From assembly GCF_009914755.1 (NCBI RefSeq), contig NC_060930.1: DNA of 64,000 nt; one strand, written 5' to 3'. This stretch comes from the human T2T-CHM13v2.0 reference genome, Homo sapiens. This document shows, one piece after another, positions 17,275 through 35,443 of the stretch (positions are counted from its first letter, which is position 1; each line of letters starts with the position of its first letter). A program made the translations under genes and the position numbers. The notes below the pieces were generated by a model. The model was not told the origin of the DNA. It saw only the letters and a list, made by a program, of their open reading frames with translations, and made no database searches.

Positions 17275-18343
17275 AGATGGAAGAGGGGAGGGAGGAATGA
17301 GCCTACTACATAGAGATGGTATACCACAAAAACCAGGAGGGAGAACAGGGCCTGAACTTCCTAGGTAATACAACCAGATTTTGACCCATGCACTGATCAA
17401 ATCTTTCATTAACTGCTGAGATGAGGTAAACAACCATTAGCAGGCTGCAGTAGAAGCTCAGTTTAACCTCCAGGAATCAGTTTCCACAAACTAAAAAACA
17501 TAAGAGATTTAATCATCTCTGAAACCCTCTGCATTTTTTAAATTCTATGACCTTATGAGTATTATCCGAGAATGGCCATGGTCAAAGATATCTGAATTAC
17601 TCCATAACTGTAACTCCCCTTCACCTACATTGGTTTCCATAGTTACAGGGATATAAAATAAAGTCACTGTTGAAGCCAAGGCAGGACCTGACACTAAACT
17701 TGTCAAAGGAGAGAAAACATCAAGTTCAACATCTGTGGCATTCTTTCTAGCTCATCCTGACACATTTTGGCAGAAAACTTGAACTGCCACAGTTCAATTA
17801 TTCAGAATGTCAGCCTATAAAAATCCAAACCTAAAAGTTTTATTAAAGCCATGATCTGCTACAAATAATAATAGAAACTTCATTTAAAAAAACTTTATTT
17901 GCTGCCTAGTTCATTTAATGATGTGACATAAGAAAGCATTGTATATTGCAGGACTTCTGACACTGACACTTAAAATGTCTGTTAAAAAAAACACAACAAC
18001 TTGCCTCAGACACAGGCCATGTGTTTCACCAAAAGTTGCCAGGAATTAGAGAAAATAATCAAAGTAGGGAAGAGAAGTTTTTGTTCACTGTTTTTACAGG
18101 AGCACTAAGAATACTTGAATGCCAATGATGGAAAAAAAATGGAAAGAACCTCTTCTACTCACTGTTGAAATGACCTTTCTAAATTTCAGGGCATTAAAAT
18201 AAATAAGATATATGCTACATAGCACAGGAAAATGTTTAAAGCAAAAGTTCACTTTTTGTGCCTTCATATTACTTTGAAAAATGCCAGGGAAGAGCCGTAA
18301 GCAAAGTGATAAATGCCTACTAGGTTTGATTAACTAGATTTTT

Positions 18344-18680
<337 letters not shown>

Positions 18681-20079
18681 TAGTAATTAGTTAGTTCCTG
18701 AGCTGATATGCTAACTCAGTGCATTAGAGCCTGGTATTTCTAAATTTAACACTAAAAGCTCAAACTGCCATCTTGTAAATATGTGCCACTCACTACCAGA
18801 GAAAGTGTCACTCACTATCACAGAAAGAGAGAAGGCGAGCTAGACAGGGCAATACAATCCAGTGCGATTACTTCCCACAGCAATTCAGCAGGCATTCTTT
18901 GCGACTACTCAGACACAATCATGATCTCTTTATTTAAAGAGCAGAACGTGGTAGTATTTTAAATAGCATGGCCCCATAACCAATCTGTGAAGGTCTCTTA
19001 TTGATTATAATTCTAAATCCAAGCTCTTGGAGATCAGTTATCCAGGTTAGAAAAGTTTGTTGACACCAAGGAAAATATCTTCATTTTGATATCTCTAAAA
19101 TTCCACTTTTGTTGAAATTTCTCCATAGGCATATATAATTATTGGCCTGTTCCAAAAGCATCTTGAAGTGCCAACTTCAGAATATCTTTCTAGGTTCAGT
19201 CTTACAATATTAGTAATCCATTTCTTATGGCATCTATGTAGACTGCCTACCTCCATATAGTCTTGGGAATGTTGATGTGTTCATGAATATAAAATACGTA
19301 CCTCTCCCAACCACTCACCATACTTATAACAGTAAGTTTCCTTATGGGTGTGACATAAAACACCTCAAATCAGTTCATAATTAATAACCACACTACAAAT
19401 TAGATCACCACACTTTAGGCTAAGTTAAAATGGCAGGTTGTGATATGACTCTCCTGAGTCTCTCTCTCATAGGAATGTGACAGTGGGTCATCTTATAGGT
19501 GGACAAGTGAGCTCAGTTCTATTTTCAGCTTCAGTAGCATAAAACAGAAATTTATTTTAAGAATGACATTAACTGTGTACATATGATATTATTATTGTAC
19601 CATTATTATTGGGGAATATCCACAGCACTCATTAACTGGTGAATCTCATTCCATATTTTTGTTCATTAAAGGTCCTCTTGTACTAATTTTTTAATTCAAA
19701 TTCAACCTGTTACAGTGAGGTTCTCCAAGAATGCCAGGGATTGGTCTAATTATATAAATGCATACTGAGATTGCACAGAATGTCCTCCAGCCCCGTAGAA
19801 GAATATAATAAGATATATAAGCACATTTAATGAAAGTCTGACCAGTAAAAAAAGGTTATCAAGTTAATAATAGCCAGATTCAGGAAAAAAAAAGGCACTT
19901 TTTATCTAACACTGTTCAAGACAGACACAAGCAACCCCATCACCAGTGAGATTTTCTCCACTGGGGTCTGGTAATATGTTATTATACTTCCTCAGCATTT
20001 AGTAGAAACATCTCAGTAAGCCATTCTGTTGTTATTACCAAGAACACACCTGGGTTATCTGAGTAATATGAGAAGAAAG

Positions 20080-20330
20080 AAGTTAGTCTATTCTAACAAA
20101 GCACCTCAAAGCAACACAAAAATATAGTAGCTTGAATGAAATAGAGGTCTCTTACTCTCTCCCCACACAGTCTAGATGTAAATAATCTTGGCTTGGCACA
20201 GCCAACTCTACTGTCCCCTACACATGCCTCTCAAAGTTGCTCCAATTCTCACCATTCCCCAGTGAGTGACAGGAAAACAAAAAGTTGAGTAGGACAGTTT
20301 TATCTTCAAAATTTTGCTACAGAAGAGTTG
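20080..20330 (-). mobile_element. Possible degraded MaLR (MLT1) LTR fragment
   Basis: agtagcttgaatgaaatagaggtctcttactctctc resembles the reverse MLT1 poly(A)-signal region. Confidence 0.35.
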
Positions 20331-20764
20331 ACTTTTGTAACCCAGTGAATCCCCAAATTTAACCTGCAGGTTATAGGCAGAGGGACTTTCCTTTAGCAGA
20401 TCTGTATTTCTTTCCATCTCTGCTTCCAAACCTAACTTGGCTGCCTTCACCTCTCTTTTGCAAAAAGCAACGATAAAGAGTTTATAAACATCAAACTTTT
20501 GAGTTTTTCCATGCAGTTATGCTAGACCAACAGACTCAGTGAGCATGTGCTCTGCTTTCCAAGTTATTGTAGACAAAATTGTATCAAATATTTTTCAACA
20601 GTTTAAGTCAACATCACCAGAGTCTACAATATTTATTGCTTTGCAACCCACTAGCAGACTGCTAAGCATAGTTCTGGTTATTGTTATGGGTATGACCCCA
20701 CTTCCGGGTACCATTTTCTGTATTAATTAGATGCTATAATTTTGGAAAACCCCAAAACACAGTG

Positions 20765-20936
20765 ACATATATATGCATACATATATATATAACATATATA
20801 TGCATACATATATATATAACATATATATGCATACATATATATATAACATATATATGCATACATATATATATAACATATATATGCATACATATATATATAA
20901 CATATATATGCATACATATATATATAACATATATAT
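20765..20936. repeat. 27-bp minisatellite, 6 perfect copies plus a partial copy
   Basis: Unit acatatatatgcatacatatatatata starts at 20765, 20792, 20819, 20846, 20873 and 20900. Confidence 0.95.
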
Positions 20937-22778
20937 AAGATAACCTAGAAATTACACGCATTTCTGCTCAAATTCAATTGGATTAAACTTATTTGCATGG
21001 CTACACCTAGAAACAAGTATGTTCTTAGGTGGTGACCACCTGCTCTGCTAAAACCGGCCAGAGAGGGATTATATTATTCAAAAGGAAAAGGAGAATGGTT
21101 AATGAAGAGCAATAAGTAGTCTCTGTCAGACAGGGATTTCAGAATCCTCGCCTACTGTTATTCCATTGTTCTGGTTCTTTGTGTAAGCAGGTCTCTTAAG
21201 AGTCTGAAAAGCAGGGCATACAATATGAAATAACAAATCCAAACCCTAAGACTCGCCTTTGATGAGTTTACATAGATCACGGCCCTTGCACATCTCCAAT
21301 TTAGCTTCCTCACCATAACATTTCAAATCTAATAAGGAGGAGGAAAGAAGGAAGCCTGCTAGCATATAAATATATTGCCTCCATTTTAGAATGTTTGTAC
21401 TTAAAGAGTTCCTGCATTATCTTTTCTTCATATTGAATTTCTTAGAATTCTGTGTCACTCAGCACCCATTAGCCACAGCACAGTTTCCAGATGGATCTAG
21501 GCCTTGCCAACCTTTTTAGCTCAGAATACTATCCTCCCCAAGTTCCACAAACACCAAAGCTGATGATTCACAGGAATGTGGCTTAATCATAATACAGCCA
21601 CACAAATATGCTATACAGCATTCTACGTTAAAATGGAAGACAAGCCCCCCCACTGATTATAGTACACTGCCCATTAAGCCAGTACTGAGCCATTTAATCT
21701 TTTTGAAGGCTACTTCAACCCATTCTATTTCCAGAACCATAATCCACACTCATCTTCTCACCAGTAATAAACTCACTTCTCAAGTATCATGATACCAGGA
21801 AGTGTGTATCTTGCATAAGGGACTCATAAAAGGTCTATCACCCATTATTAATTAAGTATAATGCTATTATGCATCAGGCATATGTGAAATTAATAGCAGT
21901 GAGACTGTCATCAAGGGACAATAACCTCTGGTTCAACTAAGCAAATCTTGCTCCTAGACCTGCAACAGAATGGTGACTATTCTCTTGTAGGAAATGATGA
22001 CTTAATCAAGATGTTCTCAAGACTCAATCTGAGTGGTTCTACCTACAACAGAATTGTCCCCCCAATGACAGCTTCATTGGCCTTCCCTCAAACTCTCATA
22101 AGTGCATTTCCAATTCTCCAGTAGGTCCCTTGTGAACTATAAATCTAGGGGAATAGCGAGGTGTTCTTGGCAGTTATTTTTAAAAATTCACAAACGGCAG
22201 CCACCCCAACACTAATTAAAGGAATATGATTTATCTTGACTTCTTATTTTCTTTAATTAACCCCTGTTTAGGAGGAGAAAACACACACACCCTGTGCACC
22301 AGAACACCGAATACTGTCAACAAAATTCTTTGTATCATATGGATGATACAAATAGTTATGGTATGATATCTATATCATATGGGTTGATAAATATATAACA
22401 CTCTCCATCTACACCCACAAGAAATATTCTCAACCAGTCAGTAACCTTTCTCATGAATGCCAGAAGTAGCCCTAGAATCATTCTTTATGCAAAACTCCAG
22501 GCAATTGTCATCAATTAGAGCTGCTCCTCAGAACAAAACCTATCTAACACTCTTACAATTTAACACACACAAATACACACCCACTGTGGTCCAAGGTCAC
22601 ACAGCAAATAAGTGGTACATCTGAGACTAATGTCCAGGACTCTTATTTCCTGAGACTGACGCTTTCTTCCACAAGGTATCGTGATGGCTATTTAGTAAAT
22701 TAACAATATTTGCAACAGCTTTGAAAGCCTTCATTTGCCAAAGAGAAAATTATTGAAAGAAAAAGGAAAATCAATTCG

Positions 22779-22948
22779 TAGCTCCCTGGATAACATTTTA
22801 GAAGATCTGTACTTCAAAAATAACTGCTAAAAACTCTTCTAAATGTTAAGAAGTTAAAAAAAATAGTTCCCTGAATAACCTTTTTAAAGATCTGTACTTC
22901 AAAAATAATTGCTAAAAACCCTTCTAAATGTTAAGAAGTTAAGAAAAA
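22779..22948. repeat. 85-bp tandem duplication, 2 copies
   Basis: tagctccctggataac...ttaagaagttaaaa repeated at 22864 with about 8 substitutions. Confidence 0.9.
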
Positions 22949-23261
22949 TTGCTATTAATTAAATGTTCAATTAATGTTTATTATGAATATCGTATTGTAA
23001 TTAGGCAAGTTTGTGACACAGTAGAGTGTATGCATGTGTGCTTCATACACGTTATAGTACATTCATGCTCCCTTATATAATCAAAGTTTGTGGAATTCAA
23101 TGCCAATTTTATAGACCTTTTACAGTGGGCATAATGAGCAATAGTCTGATAAATCAGGAGAAATAGATGGAATCTACCCTTATCTTAGAGTATGGGCTAG
23201 TCAGTAACCTCTCTGCACCTCAGTTTTCTCATCGTTCAGTTGAAGGTATCTCTATGGTCCC

Positions 23262-24044
23262 TGTGGTATGGAAAAACTTTCCTCTAAACCATGTTTTTCC
23301 TCTATTCTCACACCACAACAATCAACACAGAAGACTTTTGTGACCAAATGTATGGGTGGTTTTCCCCATACACCAAACAGCAGATAGCAGCTGGGAGTCC
23401 TCCAATTCAGTTCAGACACTATCTACCTGGAGATAGTGTCAGATCCCCCAAGTTGAAGGCTCCATCTCCAAGACTGCCCCTCTCCACACACACACACTGG
23501 TCCCAAGTCCCGGCCTGTGGAACTCTGACCAACTAGCTTTAAGCTGGGATTACCATAACACCCTCTTCAGGCTTGATTAATTTGCGAAGCAGCTCACAGA
23601 ACTCAGGGAAATACCTACATACATTTGTAGGTTTATTATAAAGAATATTGTAAAGGATACAGATGAAGAGACACATAGGACGAGGTATGGGGAAGGGGCA
23701 CAGAGCATCCATGCCCTCCCTGGGTGCATCACCCTCCAGGAAGCTCCACGGGTTCCACTATCTGAAAGCTCAATGAAACCTGTCCTCTTGCATTTTTATG
23801 GAAGTCTCATGACATCGCCATTCCTTCTCCCAGGTTTAGTGTGGGACCCACTCCTGGGAGAGTCTTAAGACCCACAGTCAGAAAGAGGGGGGAACGTCAG
23901 AGTGGAAAGAAGGCAGAGGAAGTTCAGAGGCCTGCCCCTGAGGCCTGACATACCCAACATTATAACGCAAAAGACTGTAACAGGGATATGGGTGTTATGG
24001 GCCAGGAACTGGGGATGAAAATCAATGTATATCATAACACCGCA
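23262..24044 (-). mobile_element. ERVL-class solo LTR (MER21A-like) inserted in a MIR relic
   Basis: TG...CA ends; reverse strand begins tgcggtgttatgatata; perfect 5-bp TSD gtccc at 23257-23261 and 24045-24049. Confidence 0.85.
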
Positions 24045-24089
24045 GTCCCCTAAAGTACTCAAGAGCTCTATCATTCAAAGCATAATTTT

Positions 24090-25045
24090 GTTGTTTTAAA
24101 CATATTATGGAATATTAAACTTGCTTTATAATGTACATAAAATGTCAACTTATTTGACACCACAATTTAAAGAAATTATACACTTCCTTATGTTTTTAAG
24201 TTGACATCTAAATTTATCTCAAACCTAATAGTTACAAAAGATGCAATTTCTAGTATATTGCATATCAGGTATAAGATCTAAATATATTAATATACTTGAA
24301 GTTGCAGATTTAGCCCATTCAACTTATGAAACATGTCTGCTGTATGTTTATGAGACATATTTCTGAAACAATTTGTGAAACATCTGCTGTATAAAACCTC
24401 ACTGGAAAAGCCAGTTCTCGTGGTCAAGCATATTAGTCAAATCAGATTTATTGCCATACAAAGCCAAACTTACATTTTTCAATTCAAAAAAAAGTCAGTA
24501 TGTACTCCATAACACACATTCTACTTCTGAATTCTAATTCTAATTTACATAAACAGAGAAAAGGTTAGCTAGAGCCTTTCCATGATTTTGTTACCTAAAT
24601 AAAATCAGGCATTTCTCATATACACATGTATCTTTTGTATATAATTTTATTATATATACACAATACATATAATTTCATTGCAATTGCTTATGTAAATATG
24701 TTTTTAACCAAAGGCTCTTATTCAGGAGCTTTACATATTCAAACACTCCTCTTTTTAGCCCCTAACTTTTTTATACCCTGGGAAATGCATCATAAGATTC
24801 AGGATGGATGAGAGGTGCACATTTTTTTTTTTTGTAAAGTAGGAGGTGACCATTGTGAAAAGAGTGGTAGGAATGGAGAAATACTGACTGCAGGAGTGGT
24901 TTTCAGATAGATCAGCTTAAGGAAGAGACACAATGGAAGCTGAGCATCTTCAGAATGATTTCCTTAAAGCTGTCCAAGCCATATACCCCTGGAAAGTCTT
25001 CAAATATCCTCAAGGGTATGCATACTCTGTTTAAAGATATCTGAA
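24090..25045. mobile_element. Possible degraded hAT-Charlie DNA transposon
   Basis: gggtatgcatactctgtttaaagatatctg resembles a Charlie-type terminus; boundaries uncertain. Confidence 0.3.
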
Positions 25046-25729
25046 CTGGGATTCCTTTATGACTGAAAAAAATGTACAGCAAATTCTTATGTCCCTTATT
25101 ATTGGAAAAAAATGAGACAGAAAATTCAAGAAAGCATTTACTTCTCCAGGCTCTTTTATCCTCAAGTCCTCAGGACAAAATTGCTTGCCATAACCACAAA
25201 TAAAAACAGCAAAGAGGCTTCATAATAGAAGCCACTCCTACTGGCAGTGGCTTCCCAGTTTGCTTGTGATAAGGTTTATGAGGTTGAGTCTGTGCTTTTC
25301 ATAAAAGAATGCCATGGCTAATTAGCAATATCTGGCAGGATGTGGAAATGACAGCCTAAGTGCTACATCAGTCCTCCCACCCTGTCAGCATAACCTAACA
25401 AAACAACTTTATTTGAATTTTATTCAGTTTCCTATTTAACCTTTGGTTCCTGCAATTCTGAGCATAGGTACATTCCAAAGAATACATGTTTTTAAAGTGG
25501 GTATGCACAGGTTTTTACTTTATCATATACATAATATACGTAATAGCATATGTAAATTTTCCCCAAATAAGAAGAAAATGCATTTATTAATCAATTGAGA
25601 AGACAATATTTATCCACTTATTTATTACTAGATAGTCTTGGAAGAGCATGAATATGCTTTATTCACTAATTAGAAACTGCTTTAGCTTTAGTATTCCTGG
25701 AAAATAAAGTGCAAGGGGATAATCAATGA

Positions 25730-26686
25730 AGAGATGCCTGAACTGATTAACAGGGACTATGTCATGAAGGACCTTGTGAGCCACGGGACTGATTATTTAA
25801 GCAATAGATGTTATCAAAGAGTTTTAATCTGCTCACATCATCAGATTTATACTGTGGAAGGCTCCCTCTGGTGGCAGTGTAGGGAATGGATCAACTAAAG
25901 TAGGTAAGACAGTAAAAGCTTTGGAGAGACTTGAGGTATTCTAGATGAAAGATAATATTGAGGAAAAATAGTAGTAATTGTAGCAGGAATAACGAAAAGT
26001 GGAAAGACTTAAGACTGTAACAGCATCTCCTAGATTTGATAATCTGTTGGAGGTAGGCAGTAGAATGGATGGTGATGTCACTAACTTGGGGAATTAAAAA
26101 TAGAACAGGCTTGGAATAAAAGATGACTTCAGATTTGGACATATGGAATTAGAAATACTTGTCTATAGCTGAGAGCAGAGGTCAAAGTCAGAACTAAAAA
26201 CAGAGGATCTGTGGCATAGAGACGATAATTGAAGCTGTGGGAGTCAGTGTGGTGAAAGTGGGGCACATGTGTGGTGTGGGGTAAAAAGGAGGGCTAACTG
26301 AGGAACAACAACATCACAGGGATGTTCAGAAAGATGCCTTGCAAAGGAGACAGCGGGGTGACTAGAGAGTCAACAAAAAACTAGAGCAGGGTGGGTCACA
26401 AACAGCAAGGGAAGCAAAGTCTTCAAAAAGAGAGTAATCACAGTATAAAATGTTGACGACTGGAAAGTTAAAAAGGACAAGGATATGTGGACTGGAAGCA
26501 TGCCCAGGTTCATGTTGTTGCAAATGGAAGAGTATGTGTTAGTGAGAGGTTTTTCCCTGACTTGGTAACTTAAGAGAGGGTGCAACGGGTTGAGAAGCAA
26601 TGAGAGGTGAAAGAGGAAAAATTTGGGTATGAAGAGGCAAAGAGAACTGCATTAGTTAGGGAGGAATACAGGGCTCAAGGAGAGGT
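25730..26686 (-). mobile_element. L2 LINE relic
   Basis: Purine-rich reverse L2, e.g. gaaggctccctctggtggcagtgtagggaatgga and ttcagatttggacatatggaattagaaatac. Confidence 0.65.
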
Positions 26687-27112
26687 TTTTTATGTACATA
26701 ATGAACTGATTAACAATACTACAGTCAAGCAAATTAACATATTCATCTCCTCCCATAGTTAACCATTTTTAGTGTGTGTGATAAGAACACCTAAAATCTA
26801 CTCTGTTTGCAAATTTCTAGTATGCAATACGGTATTATTAACTATAGTCCTCATGCTGCCCATTTGATTTCTAGATTTCTTCATCCTACATTAATTACAT
26901 CCTTGTGCCTTTTGACAAGTATCTCTCCATTTCCCCCACCTCCCCACCTTCAGTAATCACCATTCTACTTTCTGCTTCTATGGAGAGTAGAAGTGAGTTT
27001 TTTTAGACCCCACATATAAGTGAGATCATGTGGTATTTGTCTCCCTGTATCTGGCTTGTTTCACTTAGCATAATGTCTTCCAAGTTCATCTATGTTATTG
27101 TAAATGGCAGAA
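26687..27112 (-). mobile_element. L1MA (L1MA8/9-like) 3' end fragment
   Basis: Reverse 3'UTR aagaacacctaaaatctactct...ttattaactatagtcctcatgctg...cccacatataagtgagatcatg; degenerate TSD tcaaggagagg/tcaaggaagat. Confidence 0.75.
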
Positions 27113-28756
27113 TCAAGGAAGATTTGTTGTTGTTGTTGTTTTACATATGAAGAATTTGGAAGACTTTCTAAAGGTGGCAACAGCAAGATGGTAGAATAGG
27201 AAGTCTATGGCTCCACTTTCACTACCCAGCCAAGAGAAGGATCCACTAGCAACTATCCACAGGCCAGAACATCTTTTCAAAAATCCTACTACTTAGATAG
27301 AACTCACATAGTCCCCCAAACTGAATGAAAACCAAATTAAAACGATAAGAAGAACAGTCTCACTTTGACTGCACTGCTCCTCTCCCTCCCCCAAGTTGCC
27401 ACAATGCCAGACGGAGAGGAACTCCTTGACCCAAAGTTTCTACTGGGGGAAAAAAGAACTGGAGACAGTTATCCAGCTTCCCTAACAATCTCATATAATT
27501 CCCAGGAAGGCTACTCCAGTCTCACTTCATGAGGAACACTGTGGGTAGGTAATAGCACAGCTAGACTGCCCAGGATCAGGTAAAAACAAAGGAAGGAAGC
27601 AGAGGTCACAATGACCAGCATACAGATCTTGGTGGTACCTCTGCATTTCTGCCAGCCATGGAACCAGATGGAAGACACAAATCAACATGAAGCTGACCTC
27701 ATGGTCTTCAGAAGCACAGTAGGAAGTTCAACCTAGCTTGATTCCCCAGAGGGTTAGTCTTCATGCCCAGTCTCAGAGCCCACCCCAGTGACCCCACTGA
27801 GGCAGGGAGACCCCCAACTCCACCCATTGCAGATAAGCACAGTGGCTAGGCCTGCATGACTGGAGAAGTCAAGCAGCAGTTCCACTCAGACCAAAAGCCC
27901 ACTCAACCATCCTGCCAAGGCACGGAAACTCCTACCTCAGCACATTTTGGAGAAGCACAGGCGCCAGACCTACTTGATCCAGGAAGTCAAACAGCCACTC
28001 AACTCAGCCAAAAGCTTGTCACACAGCTCCACTGGGACAAGGAGGGAATCCTCAATCATGCATTTCAAAGAGCGTGGCCTCTGGTTCTGTCTATCCCAAG
28101 CAGTATCTACACCTAACCTCAGTGCCCAGCCTGGAGCCCTGCCCAACTGCAGATCCCAAATAGCAGAATTATCCAGCCAGGGAATACATCTTATTATCAG
28201 CCTGACCAGAAGCTTTGCAGTCCCTAGCCAGCAGCTCCCCCTTATACCAGTGCCCAACCAGTGATATTGCTGGGCAGTGGAACCTAGCCAGGAGCCCCAG
28301 CTAAAAACAGAATTAAGGCAGCAGCCCAGCCAACTAGAGAGCCCACAAAAAGCTCTGCCTGCCTAGGGTCATTAGCAGCTGGCCCTTTCAGAATCACAGT
28401 TAGACTAAACAGTGAAGGTCTATCCCTGCCAAAGAACACCTGTAAAGGCCAGCAGAGGAGGCTGTCTCCTCAAATATACAGACAACAATGCAAGGACACA
28501 AAAATTACAAAGAATCAGGAAATCATAACACTCTCAAAATAAACTAATAAAGCTCCAATAATGAACCCTAAAGATATACAGATCTATCAAATGACTGAAA
28601 AGAATTCAGAATAATCATCTTAAAGATGTTCAGTAAACTAAAAGAATACACATTAAAAATTAAATAAAATTTGGAAAACAATACATGAACAAAGTGAGAA
28701 GTTTGATAAAGAAATAGACACAATTGCAAAAATAGAAATTCTAGAGATAAAGGTTA

Positions 28757-30558
28757 CAGGCATGACTTAGAGATACTGTGGGTTCAGTTATAGACCACCA
28801 CAATTTTATCATGAGGCACAGTAATCCAGTCACATCTTCAGGCTTTACTTACATTTCTGGTTCTCGCTATTTCTACCACATCGGCAATTGCTTCTTCCAC
28901 TGAAGTCTTGGACCCCTCAAAGTCATCCATGAGGGTTGAAATAAACTTCTTTCAAACTTCTATTAATGTTGTTATTTGTAACTCCTCTCATGAAACACAA
29001 ATATTCTTAATGGCATCTAGAATGGTGAATCCTTTCCAGAAGGTTTTTAATTTACTTTGCCCATATATCTCAGAGAAATTACTATTTTTGGCAGCTATAG
29101 CCTTACAAAATGCCTTTCTTAAATAACAGGACTTGAAAGTTGAAATTACTCCTTGATCTATTGACTGCAGAATGGATGTTGTGCTAGCAAGCATGAAAAC
29201 ACTAATTTCCTTGTACATCTTCATCAGCACTCTCAGGTGACTGGGTGCACGGTCTATGAGCAGAAGTATTTTTAAAGAAATTGTGTTTTCTGAGCAATGG
29301 GTCTCAATGGGGAGTTATAAATATTCAGTAAATCATACTGTAAACAGATGTGCTACCATCCAGACTTTGTGTTTCTATTGATACAGACCAGGCAGAGTCC
29401 ATTTAGCATAATTAAGGGCCCTAGGATTCTCAAAATGGTAAATGAGCTTTGGCTTAAACTTAAACTGACCAATTGCATTCACTCCTAAGGAGATAGTCAG
29501 TCTATCCTTTGAAATTTTGAAGCTAGACTTTGACTTCTCCTCTCTAGCTGTGAAAGTTCTACATGGCATCTTCTTCCAACATAAAGCTGTTTTTGTCTTC
29601 ATTGAAAATCTCTTGCTTAATGTGGCCGTCTTCATCAATGATCTTTGCTAAGTCTAGATAACTTGCTGCAGCTTCTACATCAGCATTTGCTGCTTCACCT
29701 TGCACTTTTATGCTATGAAGATTACTTCTTTCCTTTAACCTCATGAACCAAGTTTTGCTAGCTTCCAACATTTTTCTGCAGCTTCCTTACCTCTCTCGGC
29801 CTTCATAGAATTGAAGAAAATGAAGGCCTTGTTCTGGCAAGGCTTTGGCTTAAAGGAATGTTGTGGCTGACTTGATCTTCTGTCAAAACCAGTAAAATTT
29901 TTTCCATAGCAGCTATATGGCTGTTTTACTTTGTTATTCATGTGTTCACTGGAGTAACACTTTTAATTTCCTTCTATAACTTTCCTTATGCATTCACAAA
30001 TTTGGCAAAAGGAATCTAGCTTTCAGCCTATCTGAGCTTTTGAAATATGTTCCTCACTAAGCTTAACCATTTTTAAAAAATGCTTTTGATTTTCAATGAG
30101 AGATGTGTGACTCTTCCTTTCACTTGAACACTTAGAAGTCATTGTCGGGTTACTAATTGACCTAATTTCAATATTGTTGTGTTTCAGGGAATAGGAAAAC
30201 TTCAGGAAAGAGAGAGAGATGAGGGAATGGCCAGTTGGTGGAGCAGTTAGAACACACCCAATATTTATTGATAACATTTACTGTCTTATATGGGTGTAGT
30301 TTGTGGCTCCCCAAACAATTATGATAGTGACATCAAAAATAACTGACCACAGGTCACCATAACAGATATAATAATAATAATAAATTGAAATATTGCAAGA
30401 ATTACCAAATTTTGACACAGAGACATAAAATGAGCAAATGTCATTGAAAAAAAATAGCAGCAATAAATTTGCCCAATGCAGGGTACCACAAACTTTCAAT
30501 TTGTTAAAAATGCAATATCTGAAAAAAAAGCAAAACGCAATAAAATGAGGTAATCTTA
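28757..30558 (-). mobile_element. Tigger1 (TcMar-pogo) DNA transposon with an internal deletion
   Basis: TIR-like ends caggcatgacttagagatactg and cgcaataaaatgaggtaatctta, TA at 28755-28756; transposase remnants ([25 protein letters not shown]) in ORFs 29559..29771, 29375..29638 and 28988..29230. Confidence 0.9.
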
Positions 30559-30715
30559 TGCAATGAATGAACTTATAAAAATGCAGTAAAAATGCATCAA
30601 CAGAAGACTCAACCAAGCAGAGGAAAGAATTAGTGAGCTCAAAGACAGGACATTTAAAATTATCCAGTCAGAGGGGAATAAAAGACAAAGGAATGAAGAA
30701 ATCCTATGGGAATTA

Positions 30716-34248
<3,533 letters not shown>

Positions 34249-35443
34249 AAAATAGGGAAAGGGAACCAGAAATCATATTTTTAAAAATAATGGCTGAAAA
34301 CTTCCCTAATCTGGAAAAAAGTGTCAACATCCACATACTGGAGGTGTTGAAGTAATTCAACCCAAAGAGAAATTCAGCAATACACATAATAATCAAAGAA
34401 ATCAAAAATCAAAGACAAAGACAAAATGTTGAGAGCAGCAAAAGATAAGAAACATATCACATGAAAAGGAGTCCCAATATGACTATCAGCAGAATTCTCA
34501 GCAAAAAACCCTCAAGCCAAGAAAGAGTGGGATGACATAGTCAAAATGGCAGAAGCAAAAACACTACCCACCAATAATACCCAGGAAATCCGTCTTTCAG
34601 AAATCAGGAAGAAATAAAAATTTTCCTAAACAAAAATCTAAGGGAGTTCATCACCACTAGACCTGCCTGACATAAATTGGTAAAGGGAGTTCCTTAAGCT
34701 GAAACAAAAAAGGCTACTAATTAACATCATAAAACATACAAAAGAACAAAAGTCAATGGTATAAGTAAAACAGAGTAATATTCATAATAGTCTAGGACAT
34801 TAATGATGGTGTGTAAAGCAATTTTATTCCTAGCATGGGGGTTAAAATAAAAGCTGTTGATAATAACTATAATTAAAACAAATTGTCAAGGTGTACACTT
34901 TACAAAACTGATGTAAATATTGGCATCGAAAACATAAAATGGGAATGCATAGGGAGAAAAACTGTAAAGTTGCATATAATCAAAGTAAAGTTGTTATCAG
35001 CTTGAAATAGCCTGCTATAAGATGTTCTATGTTAGCCTCAGGATAACAAAGCAAACATCTGCAGTAGAAGCACAAAGTACAAATAGAAGGAATTCAAAAC
35101 ATATCACTACAGAAAACCATCAAACCACAAAGGAAAACAGCAAGAAAGAAAGACAAGAACTAATGATTAACAAAACACTCAGTAAACAATTAACAAAGTG
35201 GCATTATTAAATTCTCTGCTATCAATAATTACCCTGAATGTAAATGGATTAAATTCTCCAATAAAAAGACATAACATGACTATATATTAATAGACCAAAA
35301 AAAAAAAAAAAAAACAAGGCCCAATTATAGGCTGTCTATAAGAGACTGGCCTCACTTTTAAGGACACACATAGACTAACAGTAAAAAGATGGAAAAAGAT
35401 ATTTCACACAAATAGAAACAAAAAGAGAGCAGAGGTAGCTATA

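Noticed and set aside
20364-20454. Exon-like minus-strand frame VKAAKLGLEAEMERNTDLLKESPSAYNLQ
   Set aside because: Purine-rich acceptor, weak donor (cag|gttaaa), and no protein I recognise
20723-20961. Three repetitive ORFs (MYAYICYIY...) and an array-like appearance
   Set aside because: Products of the 27-bp minisatellite; no unique spacers, so not CRISPR and not a gene
25229-25255. 9-bp inverted repeat gaagccact/agtggcttc
   Set aside because: Short enough to arise by chance; not a terminator in this eukaryotic context
28988-30277. Transposase-like ORFs as a domesticated TIGD/CENP-B gene
   Set aside because: Fragmented by stops and frameshifts inside an internally deleted Tigger1 with TIRs
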